Virus record (IMG/VR): IMGVR_UViG_3300023174_000057
Span: 1-64,000 of that record
Origin: a virus
DNA: 64,000 nucleotides
Strand: one strand, 5' to 3'
Below the pieces are notes generated by a model. It made no database searches and was not told where the DNA came from. It saw only the letters and a list, made by a program, of their open reading frames with translations. Position numbers and translations under genes: made by a program. Of the stretch, positions 9,060 through 18,041 are shown piece by piece (positions within the stretch are counted from its first letter, which is position 1; each line of letters begins with the position of its first letter).

Positions 9060-9229
9060 CGGGTTTGTCTTACCGGGAGGGCGCACCGAAAACCGAGGCC
9101 GTAGCTACGGTCCGCAGGCCCGTACGCGTAGCGAGACGCGGCGCGCACCCACGACGGTACGCTGTCGTTCCAACCGCCGCCGCGGTAGACGCGGAGACGG
9201 GTGTCCGTGGGCTTGGTGGTGGGGTTCAC
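9056..9229 (-). CDS. FGE/CLec C-terminal-segment mini-protein 7 (57 aa)
   Basis: RVYRGGGWNDSVPSWVRAASRYAYGPADRSYGLGFRCALPVRQTR; GTGA overlap. Confidence 0.8.
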   Translation of the reverse strand: MNPTTKPTDTRLRVYRGGGWNDSVPSWVRAASRYAYGPADRSYGLGFRCALPVRQTR

Positions 9230-9393
9230 GTTCGGGGTTCCCTTCCCCGCAACGCGCACCGAAACCCCAAGGCGCTGCCACGGTAAGCAGGCACGAGCGC
9301 GTTGCGAGACGCGGCGCGCACCCACGACGGTCCGCTGAAGTTCCAACAGCCGCCGCGAAAGACGGTGTCGGCGGGCTTGGTAGGGGGCTTCAT
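9226..9393 (-). CDS. FGE/CLec C-terminal-segment mini-protein 6 (55 aa)
   Basis: VFRGGCWNFSGPSWVRAASRNALVPAYRGSALGFRCALRGREPRT; ATGA overlap. Confidence 0.8.
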   Translation of the reverse strand: MKPPTKPADTVFRGGCWNFSGPSWVRAASRNALVPAYRGSALGFRCALRGREPRT

Positions 9394-9566
9394 ACTCGGG
9401 GTTCCCTTACTGACAGGTGGGTGCGAAAACTCATGTTGGTTTCGCGCCACTCGGGCTCGTACGAGCCCCGGTTGTCGGGCCGCATGAACGGGGCGTAGGA
9501 GAGTCCCCAACCGCCGCCCACCAGTACGCGGGGGAGGTTGGGGTCCGGGGGCTGTGCCCGTCTCAC
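9390..9566 (-). CDS. FGE/CLec C-terminal-segment mini-protein 5 (58 aa)
   Basis: GTG start overlaps the scaffold TAG (TAGTG); RVLVGGGW...MSFRTHLSVREPRV. Confidence 0.7.
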   Translation of the reverse strand: MRRAQPPDPNLPRVLVGGGWGLSYAPFMRPDNRGSYEPEWRETNMSFRTHLSVREPRV

Positions 9567-10387
9567 TAGTGGACGGTGCTGGTCCACTCCCAGACGTTGC
9601 CGCTCATGTCGAGCAGCCCGTAGGGGGAGGCACCCTTGGGGCGGGCGGGGGTGCCGTCCGGGTTGAAGCACGGCGCGGTGCGCTCCTTCTGGGAGTGAAT
9701 GCTCGACCAGCAGAGCTCATCCTTGGGGGCGTCGTTGCCCCACGGAAACTTGCGCCCGTCGTTGCCGCGCGCGGCGCGCTCCCACTGTTCCTCCGTGGGG
9801 AGGCCCACCCCCGCCCACTTGGCGAACTCACGGGCGTCCCAGTAGGACACCTCGACCACCGGGTGGTCGCTCAGGTCCACCGTCGCGCCCGACTTGTCCG
9901 TGACGGTGGTGGGCTTGAGCTCCTTGCCCATGTCCGTGGCGTACCAGTTCCACTGGCGCACGGTCGTGGGCGTGAGGGCCATGAAGCCCGCTTCGACGTT
10001 GACCGCCTTTCGGGACTGCGACTCGTCGTCGCCCATCGTGAACCCCACCGCTGCCTCGACGTAGCAGAGGGGCAGGGTGTTCCCATCGGGCAGCACATGG
10101 TTGACGACCCACGTCCCGCCGACCTCGCGGTTGGTGGGCCATTCCAGCACCACCTCGCCCGCTTCGATGCGGGGGCGCGGCACCACCCCGTAGACGGGGT
10201 GGTAGTGGAAGCTCCACACCTCCGTCGCCGTGAGCACCCGGAGGGCGGTGATTCCCTCCGGGAGGTTGAGGGTGGTCACCACCCCGACGACCTCGTCGGG
10301 GTGGTCGCTCTTGGGGAGGGGGTTGCTGGGCTCGTAGTCGAGCCAGCCCCCGCGCTCCCCCTCGCAAAAGCACACTTGGATCTTCAT
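9566..10387 (-). CDS. FGE-sulfatase (SUMF1/CLec-fold) domain protein lacking its C-terminal segment
   Basis: FTMG, HPVVEVSYWDA, LPTEEQWERAARG, FPWG, YGLLDMSGNVWEW, then stop after five residues. Confidence 0.9.
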   Translation of the reverse strand: MKIQVCFCEGERGGWLDYEPSNPLPKSDHPDEVVGVVTTLNLPEGITALRVLTATEVWSFHYHPVYGVVPRPRIEAGEVVLEWPTNREVGGTWVVNHVLPDGNTLPLCYVEAAVGFTMGDDESQSRKAVNVEAGFMALTPTTVRQWNWYATDMGKELKPTTVTDKSGATVDLSDHPVVEVSYWDAREFAKWAGVGLPTEEQWERAARGNDGRKFPWGNDAPKDELCWSSIHSQKERTAPCFNPDGTPARPKGASPYGLLDMSGNVWEWTSTVH

Positions 10388-10513
10388 ACCTCACTCCTTA
10401 CGCCCCCAACGGAGACGGGGTCGGGGCTGTAACCGAGAATCGTCACGAAAAGATTCGACCCCAAGAAGTTTGATTCTTGGTTACGAACGGTGGACGCTCT
10501 CCGTGGTGTGGGC

Positions 10514-10654
10514 ATGGCACCTCTGGGAGTTCGTTCCAAGTACGACATCGCTTCCACCTCTCGCGCGGAGGTGAAGGCCCGCGCCAAGGCGGGTCGGTCC
10601 CGCGCCCGTCAAGCCGCCCGCAAGGCGGTGAAGGCGGCGGTGGCCGAGGGTTGA
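10514..10654 (+). CDS. 46-aa basic Ala/Arg/Lys-rich protein (not in ORF track)
   Basis: MAPLGVRSKYDIASTSRAEVKARAKAGRSRARQAARKAVKAAVAEG, directly behind a class I motif. Confidence 0.6.
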   Translation: MAPLGVRSKYDIASTSRAEVKARAKAGRSRARQAARKAVKAAVAEG

Positions 10655-10767
10655 CCGTCCCGGGGCGGGGTGCTCCCCCGCCCCTTCCGCTGCCATCCAA
10701 GTTCTTGGTGTGGGGGTGGGGCTCCCACGGAGAACTTGGGTGCCCCACCCCTCGCGGGGCCGAGCCC

Positions 10768-10962
10768 TCACTCGGGCTCGATGGGCTCGTTCACGTCGTA
10801 CTCGTTGTACGGGCGCAGGATCTCCGGGCGGTACCGGGCGAGCTTCTCGTCCCGGCACAGGTCACAGACCCGGCAGAGCTCGATGCCCCGCCCATCCGTG
10901 GCCCACCAACTGGGCTCCTTGGACGGGTACCCGCCCACGCAAGCGTGCTCGCGGGGGGTCAC
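10768..10962 (-). CDS. small Cys-containing phage protein
   Basis: DGRGIELCRVCDLC...LARYRPEIL; GTGA-coupled. Confidence 0.6.
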   Translation of the reverse strand: MTPREHACVGGYPSKEPSWWATDGRGIELCRVCDLCRDEKLARYRPEILRPYNEYDVNEPIEPE

Positions 10963-11297
10963 GCTCCCTCCTCCATGAAGGCGATGAGGGCTCGCACGGT
11001 CTCCTCGCGCCCGTTCCACGAGGACACGGTTCGGGGCCACATGGAGCAGTACTGCCCGTAGCACCCCTCCGCGCCGGGGACGGCGAGCGCCTGTCCGAGG
11101 GGCGAGCGGTAGTTGCGACGGCGGGACGTGTTGAGCGTCCCCACGGCCTCAACACCGCTGGGGGCGCGGAGGTGCGGCATCGCGCGCCGCACCACGCGCC
11201 ATGCTGCCTCCAGCGCGGTCTCGATGCCCGCCCCGTTGAGACGGGCAATGCGGTAGGAGGCGCGGGCTGCTTCGGGGAGGTTGACTTCGGTGTTCAT
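10959..11297 (-). CDS. hypothetical protein
   Basis: Behind the class I motif. Confidence 0.65.
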   Translation of the reverse strand: MNTEVNLPEAARASYRIARLNGAGIETALEAAWRVVRRAMPHLRAPSGVEAVGTLNTSRRRNYRSPLGQALAVPGAEGCYGQYCSMWPRTVSSWNGREETVRALIAFMEEGA

Positions 11298-11402
11298 GCC
11301 CTCACCACGGAGACAGGGGTTCCCCCGTAACCAAGAATCGAAGTTCTTGGGCTCCCCGACGATTCCCGGTTACAGCCGAGGGGTCGGTTCCGTGGTGGGG
11401 GC

Positions 11403-11684
11403 ATGACCGCGTTCACCTTCGCCGTCGAGCCCACCTGTCGTTTCGTGGGCGGGGCCGTCACCACCTTCTGGTCGGTGGTGGCGACTGCCCGTGACGGTCG
11501 GCGCTTCCGCCACGACCATGCGGTGTCCGTCAAGGCGCTGGTGGAGCGGGCTCCCGAGAGCATCCGGGCGCTGCGGGACCGCATCGCGGCGTCGGGCATC
11601 TCCCCGGTGGGCCGCGCCCATTGGGAGGAGGTCGCCCCCGTCGTCGGGTCCAAGGCTCACTTCGCCCGCAACCCCCGAGGGTGA
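11403..11684 (+). CDS. hypothetical protein
   Basis: Behind the class I motif. Confidence 0.65.
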   Translation: MTAFTFAVEPTCRFVGGAVTTFWSVVATARDGRRFRHDHAVSVKALVERAPESIRALRDRIAASGISPVGRAHWEEVAPVVGSKAHFARNPRG

Positions 11685-11743
11685 TCCCGGTTCTTGGTTA
11701 CACCCCCACAAGTGCCTCCGTTGGTGAGGCGTAAGGAGACCCC

Positions 11744-12109
11744 ATGAGGACAAAGTCCATCGAGCAGGCCACCAAGGCTGAACACACCGCCCCCGCCCCC
11801 GTTACCGTGCTGGAGTACCAGCCGGGGAACGGCACCCGGTACCTCCTGCACATCACCGACCTTCGGGCGCTTTCCGAAGCGCCCCCGCAGGTCACAGCGT
11901 ACGCGGGTCACGGCGCGTACTACGTCGCCCTCTACACCCAAGGCCACGGAACCTGTATGACGGTCGCGGACACGGGCGGGTACCTCGCCCCATCCTACGT
12001 CGCCGCGAAGCTCAAGGTGAGCGAGGGCGATGCGGTGGTGCTCGCGGAGATCATCGCCCGGTACACGGGCCGCACGGCGGACGACGCCAGCGTGGACGTG
12101 GCGTCGTGA
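11744..12109 (+). CDS. hypothetical protein
   Basis: Class I motif plus AAGGAG SD. Confidence 0.7.
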   Translation: MRTKSIEQATKAEHTAPAPVTVLEYQPGNGTRYLLHITDLRALSEAPPQVTAYAGHGAYYVALYTQGHGTCMTVADTGGYLAPSYVAAKLKVSEGDAVVLAEIIARYTGRTADDASVDVAS

Positions 12110-12456
12110 ACCGCAAGCTCGTTCATAACGAGGGCGAGATCGTCGCCCTTGTGGTATCTGTCCTTGGGGAAAGGAACCCCGAGGCCCTCGAAGCCATGCT
12201 GGGGGTCGAGTTCGCCTACGCGGACGGTCGCTACCCCAGTGACCTCGAAGACGCCACCCCCTACGATGGGGACTGGTCGTGGCAGGACCAGCCCGTGGAC
12301 TTCACCACCTACCGCCGCGGCGAGGAGCCCTACTTCCCCGCGACGTACCCCGCCTTGGCCCTGTACAGCTTCAACGATGACTTCGACCGGGGCGGGTCGG
12401 TGAAAACGCGGTTGCTCCTCTACGTCGAGCGCCATGAACTGGAGGGGGCGTCGTGA
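12106..12456 (+). CDS. hypothetical protein
   Basis: Coupled ORF. Confidence 0.6.
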   Translation: MNRKLVHNEGEIVALVVSVLGERNPEALEAMLGVEFAYADGRYPSDLEDATPYDGDWSWQDQPVDFTTYRRGEEPYFPATYPALALYSFNDDFDRGGSVKTRLLLYVERHELEGAS

Positions 12457-12632
12457 GCGGGCCTAGCTTCTTCCAGACCCTCATGGGGAGGGTGTACTAC
12501 GAGGGCACCCTCCCGAGGCTCGTGCGGGCGCTGGAGCGCATCGCGGACGCCTTGGAGGCCCAGAACAGCACGCTCCCCTTGCGTGAGAGCGCCCCGCCCG
12601 TCGAGACTCCCGCCCCACGTCCCGGTGGTTGA
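12453..12632 (+). CDS. 59-aa hypothetical protein (not in ORF track)
   Basis: MSGPSFFQTLMGRVYYEGTLPRLVRALERIADALE; GTGA-coupled. Confidence 0.6.
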   Translation: MSGPSFFQTLMGRVYYEGTLPRLVRALERIADALEAQNSTLPLRESAPPVETPAPRPGG

Positions 12633-12672
12633 TTCTTGGTTACAACCCCAAACCGCCCTTCGTGGTGCAGTC

Positions 12673-12900
12673 ATGACTCTTGAAGACATCGTCATCGCTG
12701 GCCGCGCCCACGACACCGCCCGCATCCTCGCGGGTGAGCGCCTCCCCTGCGCCGCGTGTGGCGAGGGGGACGTGGGGCTGACCCCCTGCACTGCGTGTGG
12801 TACCAACGCCGCCGACAGCGGCATGGTCCTGCACGAAGCATTGGGGCTCCCGCTCCCCGCACCCCTGTTTGAACCGTGGTGCGGGTTCATCAATGACTGA
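12673..12900 (+). CDS. small CxxC-CxxC zinc-ribbon protein
   Basis: CAACG...CTACG; class I motif upstream. Confidence 0.6.
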   Translation: MTLEDIVIAGRAHDTARILAGERLPCAACGEGDVGLTPCTACGTNAADSGMVLHEALGLPLPAPLFEPWCGFIND

Positions 12901-13675
12901 GTACGCCTACCGGGACGTGTCGCGCCTTGGGCCGTACCGGGAGGACCCCGTGCGGCACTACGGCTTGGCGGTGGACATCTCCCGGGGGTTCACCTGCCTC
13001 CACCTTGAGCGGTCGGACATCGAACAGGAAGCGTTGACGGCGCTCTGTGCCGCTGCCCGCACCTTCGACCCCGACCGGGGGTACGCCTTCAGCACTTGGG
13101 CGGGGCGGCTCATTCGCAACCACCTGTCGGGGGTGGTGCATTTCTACCGCCGGGTGGGGATGACGGGCACACGGAACCAGCGTGGGCTGAGTCGCGGGTT
13201 GCGGCGGCACCTTCGGGAAGGGGGCAGTTGCGAGGCAAGCACGGTGCGGATCTTCCTGCGGGAGAACCGCCACTGGGCGCACCCCACGGATTGGGACTGC
13301 TTCGTCGCGGCCTCCATGTACCTTCACCCCGAGTCCTCCCTTGACGAGACATGGGACCACCGTGAGGGGGTGGACTCCCCGGGTGCGAAGATCCCACGGC
13401 ACGAGACGGTGGAAGACCCGAGGCTGTTGCAGGACATCGAAGACCAGATGCGCGCGGGCGATATCGAGCGGGCGGTGGGGAAGGCCCTTGGGAAGCTGCG
13501 CCCAAGGGAGCGGGAGATCGTGACGCGCCGGGTGCTACCTGATCTCGTCGGTGAGGGGGACACCGTCCCGACGCTCCAAGAAATGGCCGACGAGTGGGGG
13601 GTCACCCGTCAGCGCGTTCAACAAGTCGAGGCCGACGCGATGGGGAAGCTCCAACGGGCTCTGTCCCGGGCGTAA
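12893..13675 (+). CDS. sigma-70 family RNA polymerase sigma factor
   Basis: Region 2 (DIEQEA...FDPDRGYAFSTWA) and region 4 (LRPREREI...TLQEMADEWGVTRQRVQQVE). Confidence 0.9.
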   Translation: MTEYAYRDVSRLGPYREDPVRHYGLAVDISRGFTCLHLERSDIEQEALTALCAAARTFDPDRGYAFSTWAGRLIRNHLSGVVHFYRRVGMTGTRNQRGLSRGLRRHLREGGSCEASTVRIFLRENRHWAHPTDWDCFVAASMYLHPESSLDETWDHREGVDSPGAKIPRHETVEDPRLLQDIEDQMRAGDIERAVGKALGKLRPREREIVTRRVLPDLVGEGDTVPTLQEMADEWGVTRQRVQQVEADAMGKLQRALSRA

Positions 13676-13708
13676 CCCGGTTACAAGCCCCACGGTGTCT
13701 CCGTTGGG

Positions 13709-14473
13709 GTGATGGAGACTGCAATGGACATCCCCCGCCAGCCCAAGGAGACGCTCAAGCAACTGGTTCGCGATGTAATCGCGAACCAAGTGCTGTTTTC
13801 GTCGTCCGTTCCCGACAACCTCGTCCACATGGTGTTCCTGCCCTTGGCGATGGGCGGGTTGCGGTACCCCGTGGACGAGCCCGAGCTCCCCAAGGAGCCC
13901 GCGAAGCCCGTGCGGGGTTTCACCCGCCCGAAGCGCCCGGAGCCCGACGTGGGTGCGGCGCGCGAGGGTCTGAAGGCGGCGGTGGCGGAAGCCCGCGAGG
14001 CTCTCGCCCGTGCCGAGTTCCGTGCCCGCTGGGGCGAGGTGGAGGACAGTGAGGTAGAAGCTGCCCGTGAGGCTCTCTCCCGCGCCGAAGACGCCCTGCG
14101 GGATGCCGAGGGGTCAGCGAACCGTGCTGCGGACGCTGCCCATGAGGCGGCACTCACCGAGTACCGGGCGAACCTCTCAGGGCACCGTGCGAAGCTGGCC
14201 GAGTGGCGCGGGCGGATGAAGGTGTGGCGGGAGGCGTGCGACGCCCTCCAGACCAAGGTGAAGGAGTGGGAGGCGGGGCGGGACGCCCACTTCGACAAGC
14301 TGAAGTCCGACCTTGGTGTGGTCTACGGCTACTACAAGGACTCCATGGGGGGACGTGCGATCAACGGCTTCCCGATGCTGGCGTCGTGCGCCCTCCTCCA
14401 CCGTGAGGATTGGGCGTTGGTGAGGGCGGCGATTGGCCGGGAGCTCGACCGACAGAAGGAGATCGAACTGTGA
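13709..14473 (+). CDS. hypothetical coiled-coil protein
   Basis: Class I motif upstream; long helical region. Confidence 0.7.
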   Translation: MMETAMDIPRQPKETLKQLVRDVIANQVLFSSSVPDNLVHMVFLPLAMGGLRYPVDEPELPKEPAKPVRGFTRPKRPEPDVGAAREGLKAAVAEAREALARAEFRARWGEVEDSEVEAAREALSRAEDALRDAEGSANRAADAAHEAALTEYRANLSGHRAKLAEWRGRMKVWREACDALQTKVKEWEAGRDAHFDKLKSDLGVVYGYYKDSMGGRAINGFPMLASCALLHREDWALVRAAIGRELDRQKEIEL

Positions 14474-14651
14474 GGGAAAATCCATGAGGGGCATCGTCGG
14501 AAAAGTTCGGTATGGGGTGGCGCTGGGCGTGTTGGGGGTGTCTGCGACCCTGTGGGGGATTGCCACGGCGGCGGCGGTTCTGGGCGTGTTGACCGCGACG
14601 GCGATTTCGTCCGATGCCGTGTTCGACCAGATGGGCTGAGGAGGGTGTGCG

Positions 14652-15104
14652 ATGGATGAACTGAAGAGCGTGTTGGAGGTGTGCCTCTCTCTGCAAGAGC
14701 GGTTGTCCGTGAAGGACGCTGACCTCAAGTCGCAGAACGACAAGGTTCTGGCCCTGTGCGCGGAGCTCGACGAGCTCCACGCACTGGTAGACCGTCAGCG
14801 GACGATCCTCACGGGCGTGGCCAACGCCCTTCGGGGCAATCCCCCACCGTTGGCGTCACACAGCCACCACGACCTCGCGGAGAGGGCGGCGGGGGTGGTC
14901 GAGGGGGCGCGGGGGATGCGGGATGCGATTCGTGAGTGGTGGAGGTCCGAGGAGACCCTCCGCATGACCCCCACCCAAGACCAGAGCTCGGAGCGGGAGG
15001 CGGCGGAACAACACACGAAAGCCCTTCATGCGCTTCAAGAGGTCGCCCGCCGTATCAACGAGGGCATGGAGCGCGAAATCGCAAAGGCTTTCGGGGTCCT
15101 GTGA
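14652..15104 (+). CDS. hypothetical coiled-coil protein
   Basis: GAGG SD; helical. Confidence 0.65.
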   Translation: MDELKSVLEVCLSLQERLSVKDADLKSQNDKVLALCAELDELHALVDRQRTILTGVANALRGNPPPLASHSHHDLAERAAGVVEGARGMRDAIREWWRSEETLRMTPTQDQSSEREAAEQHTKALHALQEVARRINEGMEREIAKAFGVL

Positions 15105-15227
15105 TGGCCCCGTGCCGGGATTGCCGTCCGGGTTTCGTGTGCGACCCGTGCGTCCGTAGGTTCCCCCGCGTGTACCTTCCGCCGGGTGAAGAACGGGCGC
15201 GTGTCCTTCGTGAACTGGAGAAGAACC

Positions 15228-15551
15228 GTGAATGACGTGATCGAACGTGTGCAGGGGGTGCTGTGCGACATCGAACGCTTGCAAGAGGCCGGGGTGCTTC
15301 TGCGGCGCGTGGCGGTCCACCTCCCTTTCCGCAGGTATGAGCTTCTGGGCTACCCGGAACGGCAACACCCCGACGCTCTGTCGAGCGTGATCGACTCCCT
15401 TGAACGGGCGGTGGAGATGCACCGTCGTCTAGAGTCCCTGTACGTCTACAGCGGCGCTTACAAGTACCCCGACGAATACGAGCGGACGCCCGAGAGCGAA
15501 CGGGTGTGGTCTGACGTGAAGCGGTACTTTCGGTTCGATGACAGCGAGTGA
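15228..15551 (+). CDS. hypothetical protein
   Basis: Coupled ORF. Confidence 0.5.
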   Translation: MNDVIERVQGVLCDIERLQEAGVLLRRVAVHLPFRRYELLGYPERQHPDALSSVIDSLERAVEMHRRLESLYVYSGAYKYPDEYERTPESERVWSDVKRYFRFDDSE

Positions 15552-15777
15552 GTTGGACTTCGGCGCGGCGTGCCGGGAGATCACGGACCTCGTGGCCCGC
15601 GATTACCCCGGCGCGGCACCTTCGCAGTTCCGCGTGGTGCTGGAGTGGGAGGACGGGGCGTGGTGCGCCTTCGTTCGCACCCGGTCTTCCGGCACCCGCA
15701 TCTACCCCGTCGGGCACCCCACGGCACAGGGCGCGCTTGACCGGCTTCGGGACTATTACCGAAAACGCCTACGGTAG
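15538..15777 (+). CDS. hypothetical protein
   Basis: Overlapping ORF in operon. Confidence 0.5.
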   Translation: MTASELDFGAACREITDLVARDYPGAAPSQFRVVLEWEDGAWCAFVRTRSSGTRIYPVGHPTAQGALDRLRDYYRKRLR

Positions 15778-15780
15778 ATA

Positions 15781-15803
15781 CCCTATGCCCCGTGCGGGGC
15801 ATG
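15781..15803 (+). promoter_or_regulatory. class II (late-type) motif CCTATGCCCCGTGCGGGGCATG; near-identical at 18538-18560 and 19061-19083
   Basis: TAT lies 17-19 nt before the start codon at many late genes; no SD. Confidence 0.7.
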
Positions 15804-16163
15804 AGCGACCTACGTTCCAAAATCATTCGGCTGGCTCACCAGCAGCCGCATCTCCGTCCGCAGCTTCTCCCTCTCCTCAAGGCGGCGGGCAATCTGGGCG
15901 AAGAGCTCAACCCGTACCTTCTGGAGTTCGACAAAGTGCCCGCGTCCGAGGAGGACATGGAAGAGGCCCAAGAGAACCTCGACAACGCGAGCAACGACCT
16001 CCAAGGGATCGTGGAGGACACGTCGCGAAATGTCGCGGCCTTGGTAAAGAAGGCCCTTCGGGAGAGCGGCAAGTTCAACAAGTTCTTCAGCGGGGGGAGC
16101 GCCGAACTGTTCCACGACGATCTCGTCGCTTCGGTGATCTCGGCGGTCCACAACGCCAAGTGA
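15801..16163 (+). CDS. tag-bearing acidic helical protein
   Basis: MSDLRSKIIRLAHQQPHLRPQLLPLLKAAG. Confidence 0.8.
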   Translation: MSDLRSKIIRLAHQQPHLRPQLLPLLKAAGNLGEELNPYLLEFDKVPASEEDMEEAQENLDNASNDLQGIVEDTSRNVAALVKKALRESGKFNKFFSGGSAELFHDDLVASVISAVHNAK

Positions 16164-16193
16164 TCGTTGGGGGAGTTATACCCCGCACGGGAC

Positions 16194-17555
16194 ATGGACT
16201 TCCTCCGTTCCCGCGTCATCCGGCTCGCTCATCAGAACCCCGCTCTCCGTCCGCACCTCCTGCCTCTGCTTGCTTCGGGCGTAAGGGCTGTCATGGCAGG
16301 GAACCATGTCGAGCTCACAGAGGCCAACGGGATGGTGTACGTCACGGGGCCGTACCACCTCATGGCCGAGAACGTGAACCCGCGACTGAAGTCGCAGGGG
16401 TTCCGTTGGGACGGCGGCGCGCGTCGGTGGGAGCTCCCCGCCGCCAAGCTCACGCCCATCAAGCGCAAGAACTTGATGAAGATCATCGAGCCCCTCACGG
16501 CTGCGGGGGCGGCATCCACGGGCACGGATCTCCGTTCTCCCAAGCAGAAGATCGAAGACGAGATGCTGCGTCGGCGCGTGGAGGGGTGGTGCATCGACCT
16601 CCCCTACGACCTTGGGGAGAAGGCCAAGTCTCTGGGGGGTCTGTGGAACCCCACCACCCGGCTCTGGTGTATGCCCGACAAGGCGGCGCTGGATACCCTC
16701 CGCGAGGCCATCAACCAGACGCCCAAGATGGTGGCGCTGCGGGAGATCGCGCGGCGCAAGGCCGAGCGTCTGGGGGTGAACATCCCCTACGAGTACAAAG
16801 ACGAAGCCAAGTCTCTGGGGGGCCTCTGGGATCAGGACACCCGCACTTGGTATATGCCCGACACGTCCACCAAGCAGAAAGTGCTCGACAAGGTCGAGGC
16901 CGACCAAGAGCAAGCCCGACAGGTGGCGCTCCGTCACATGGAGCAGGAGCGGGAGCGGGTCGAAGCCGAGAGGAAGCGTCTGGGCCTCAAGACCTACTAC
17001 GAGCCGGGATACTCGCGTGGCGACCACCCGGCTGTCGGCCAGACCTTCAAGGATCGGAAGACGGGCGAGTTCATGGTAGTGACCGACGTGAAGTCGGTGT
17101 TCTATCGGGAGGACGGTCTGTCCTTCGGGCTTCCCGACGACACGGGATGGATGCACACGATCACGGCCAAGCCCGCCGAGGACGAGACGGCCATCCAAAG
17201 CATCAAGGACCGGGAGCAGCAGGAGCTCACCGTGGCCCAAGCCCGCACTCGTCGCAAGGAGCTCGCCAAGATGTTCCGCGACCGTGGGGACTTTCCGACG
17301 ACCGAAACGGACCTCCGACGTGAGGACCGTCTGGTGCTCTCTGGCCGGAACTCCGTCGCCTACGGCGGCGGGGATTGGTTCGTGATCACCCCGTCCCACA
17401 TCTGGTTCGTTCAGAACAACGGCGGGGACGGCGACAACTGGGGGTCGAACAACGTCGTCACGGGTGGCGCGGGCGCGATGGGCTGGAGGATGCCCCGCAC
17501 GGATGAACTGGTGGGCGAGCTCCAGCAACTCGACACCCTCATCGGTGAACGCTAG
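16194..17555 (+). CDS. tag-bearing protein with DUF5710-like repeats
   Basis: MDFLRSRVIRLAHQNPALRPHLLPLL; two (L/I)PYxxxxxAKSLGGLWxxxTRxWxMP repeats. Confidence 0.8.
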   Translation: MDFLRSRVIRLAHQNPALRPHLLPLLASGVRAVMAGNHVELTEANGMVYVTGPYHLMAENVNPRLKSQGFRWDGGARRWELPAAKLTPIKRKNLMKIIEPLTAAGAASTGTDLRSPKQKIEDEMLRRRVEGWCIDLPYDLGEKAKSLGGLWNPTTRLWCMPDKAALDTLREAINQTPKMVALREIARRKAERLGVNIPYEYKDEAKSLGGLWDQDTRTWYMPDTSTKQKVLDKVEADQEQARQVALRHMEQERERVEAERKRLGLKTYYEPGYSRGDHPAVGQTFKDRKTGEFMVVTDVKSVFYREDGLSFGLPDDTGWMHTITAKPAEDETAIQSIKDREQQELTVAQARTRRKELAKMFRDRGDFPTTETDLRREDRLVLSGRNSVAYGGGDWFVITPSHIWFVQNNGGDGDNWGSNNVVTGGAGAMGWRMPRTDELVGELQQLDTLIGER

Positions 17556-17579
17556 GGGGTCTATCCCCGGGGGCGGGTG

Positions 17580-17855
17580 ATGCACCCGCTAGCGACCGCC
17601 CTTCTGAACCTCCTGAGCTCCATGCCCGACGCTGCCGTGGCGGTGGCCCACCCCACGGACTACCGAGAGCACTTGGCCCCTGCGCTGGGGGACGTGCTCG
17701 TTCGCACCACGAACCAAGCCACGATCATGTCCGGGTGCGTCGGGCACTTCCCCCGCGCCGAGGGGAAGGTCACCGCCCTGTACGTCCGTCTGTCGGTCCC
17801 CCGTGGCGAGGTGCGGGTCGGTACGGTAGCCCTGCTGAAGGAGTTGCAGCGGTAG
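17580..17855 (+). CDS. hypothetical protein
   Basis: CTAT motif 18 nt upstream. Confidence 0.55.
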   Translation: MHPLATALLNLLSSMPDAAVAVAHPTDYREHLAPALGDVLVRTTNQATIMSGCVGHFPRAEGKVTALYVRLSVPRGEVRVGTVALLKELQR

Positions 17856-18041
17856 ATGCCCGAGATCAAGTTCTCCACGGACAAAGCTGAACGCTGGCTG
17901 GACCGCATCGGCAAACGGCTGGAAGTGCTCTCCCCGGAGGAGAGGCTCCAGTACCAGTTACTCCGGGACACCGTGACCGAGGGGCACAAGCTCGACTCGC
18001 AGCAAGCCAAGGCCCTCCACGTCTTGGGAAAGAAGCTATGA
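17856..18041 (+). CDS. hypothetical protein
   Basis: Abuts the previous stop codon. Confidence 0.55.
   Translation: MPEIKFSTDKAERWLDRIGKRLEVLSPEERLQYQLLRDTVTEGHKLDSQQAKALHVLGKKL

Noticed and set aside
9390-9671. Scaffold plus first mini-gene as one frameshifted gene, explaining everything
   Set aside because: A -1 shift could fuse them and cannot be excluded, but it does not explain eight other copies with their own coupled starts.
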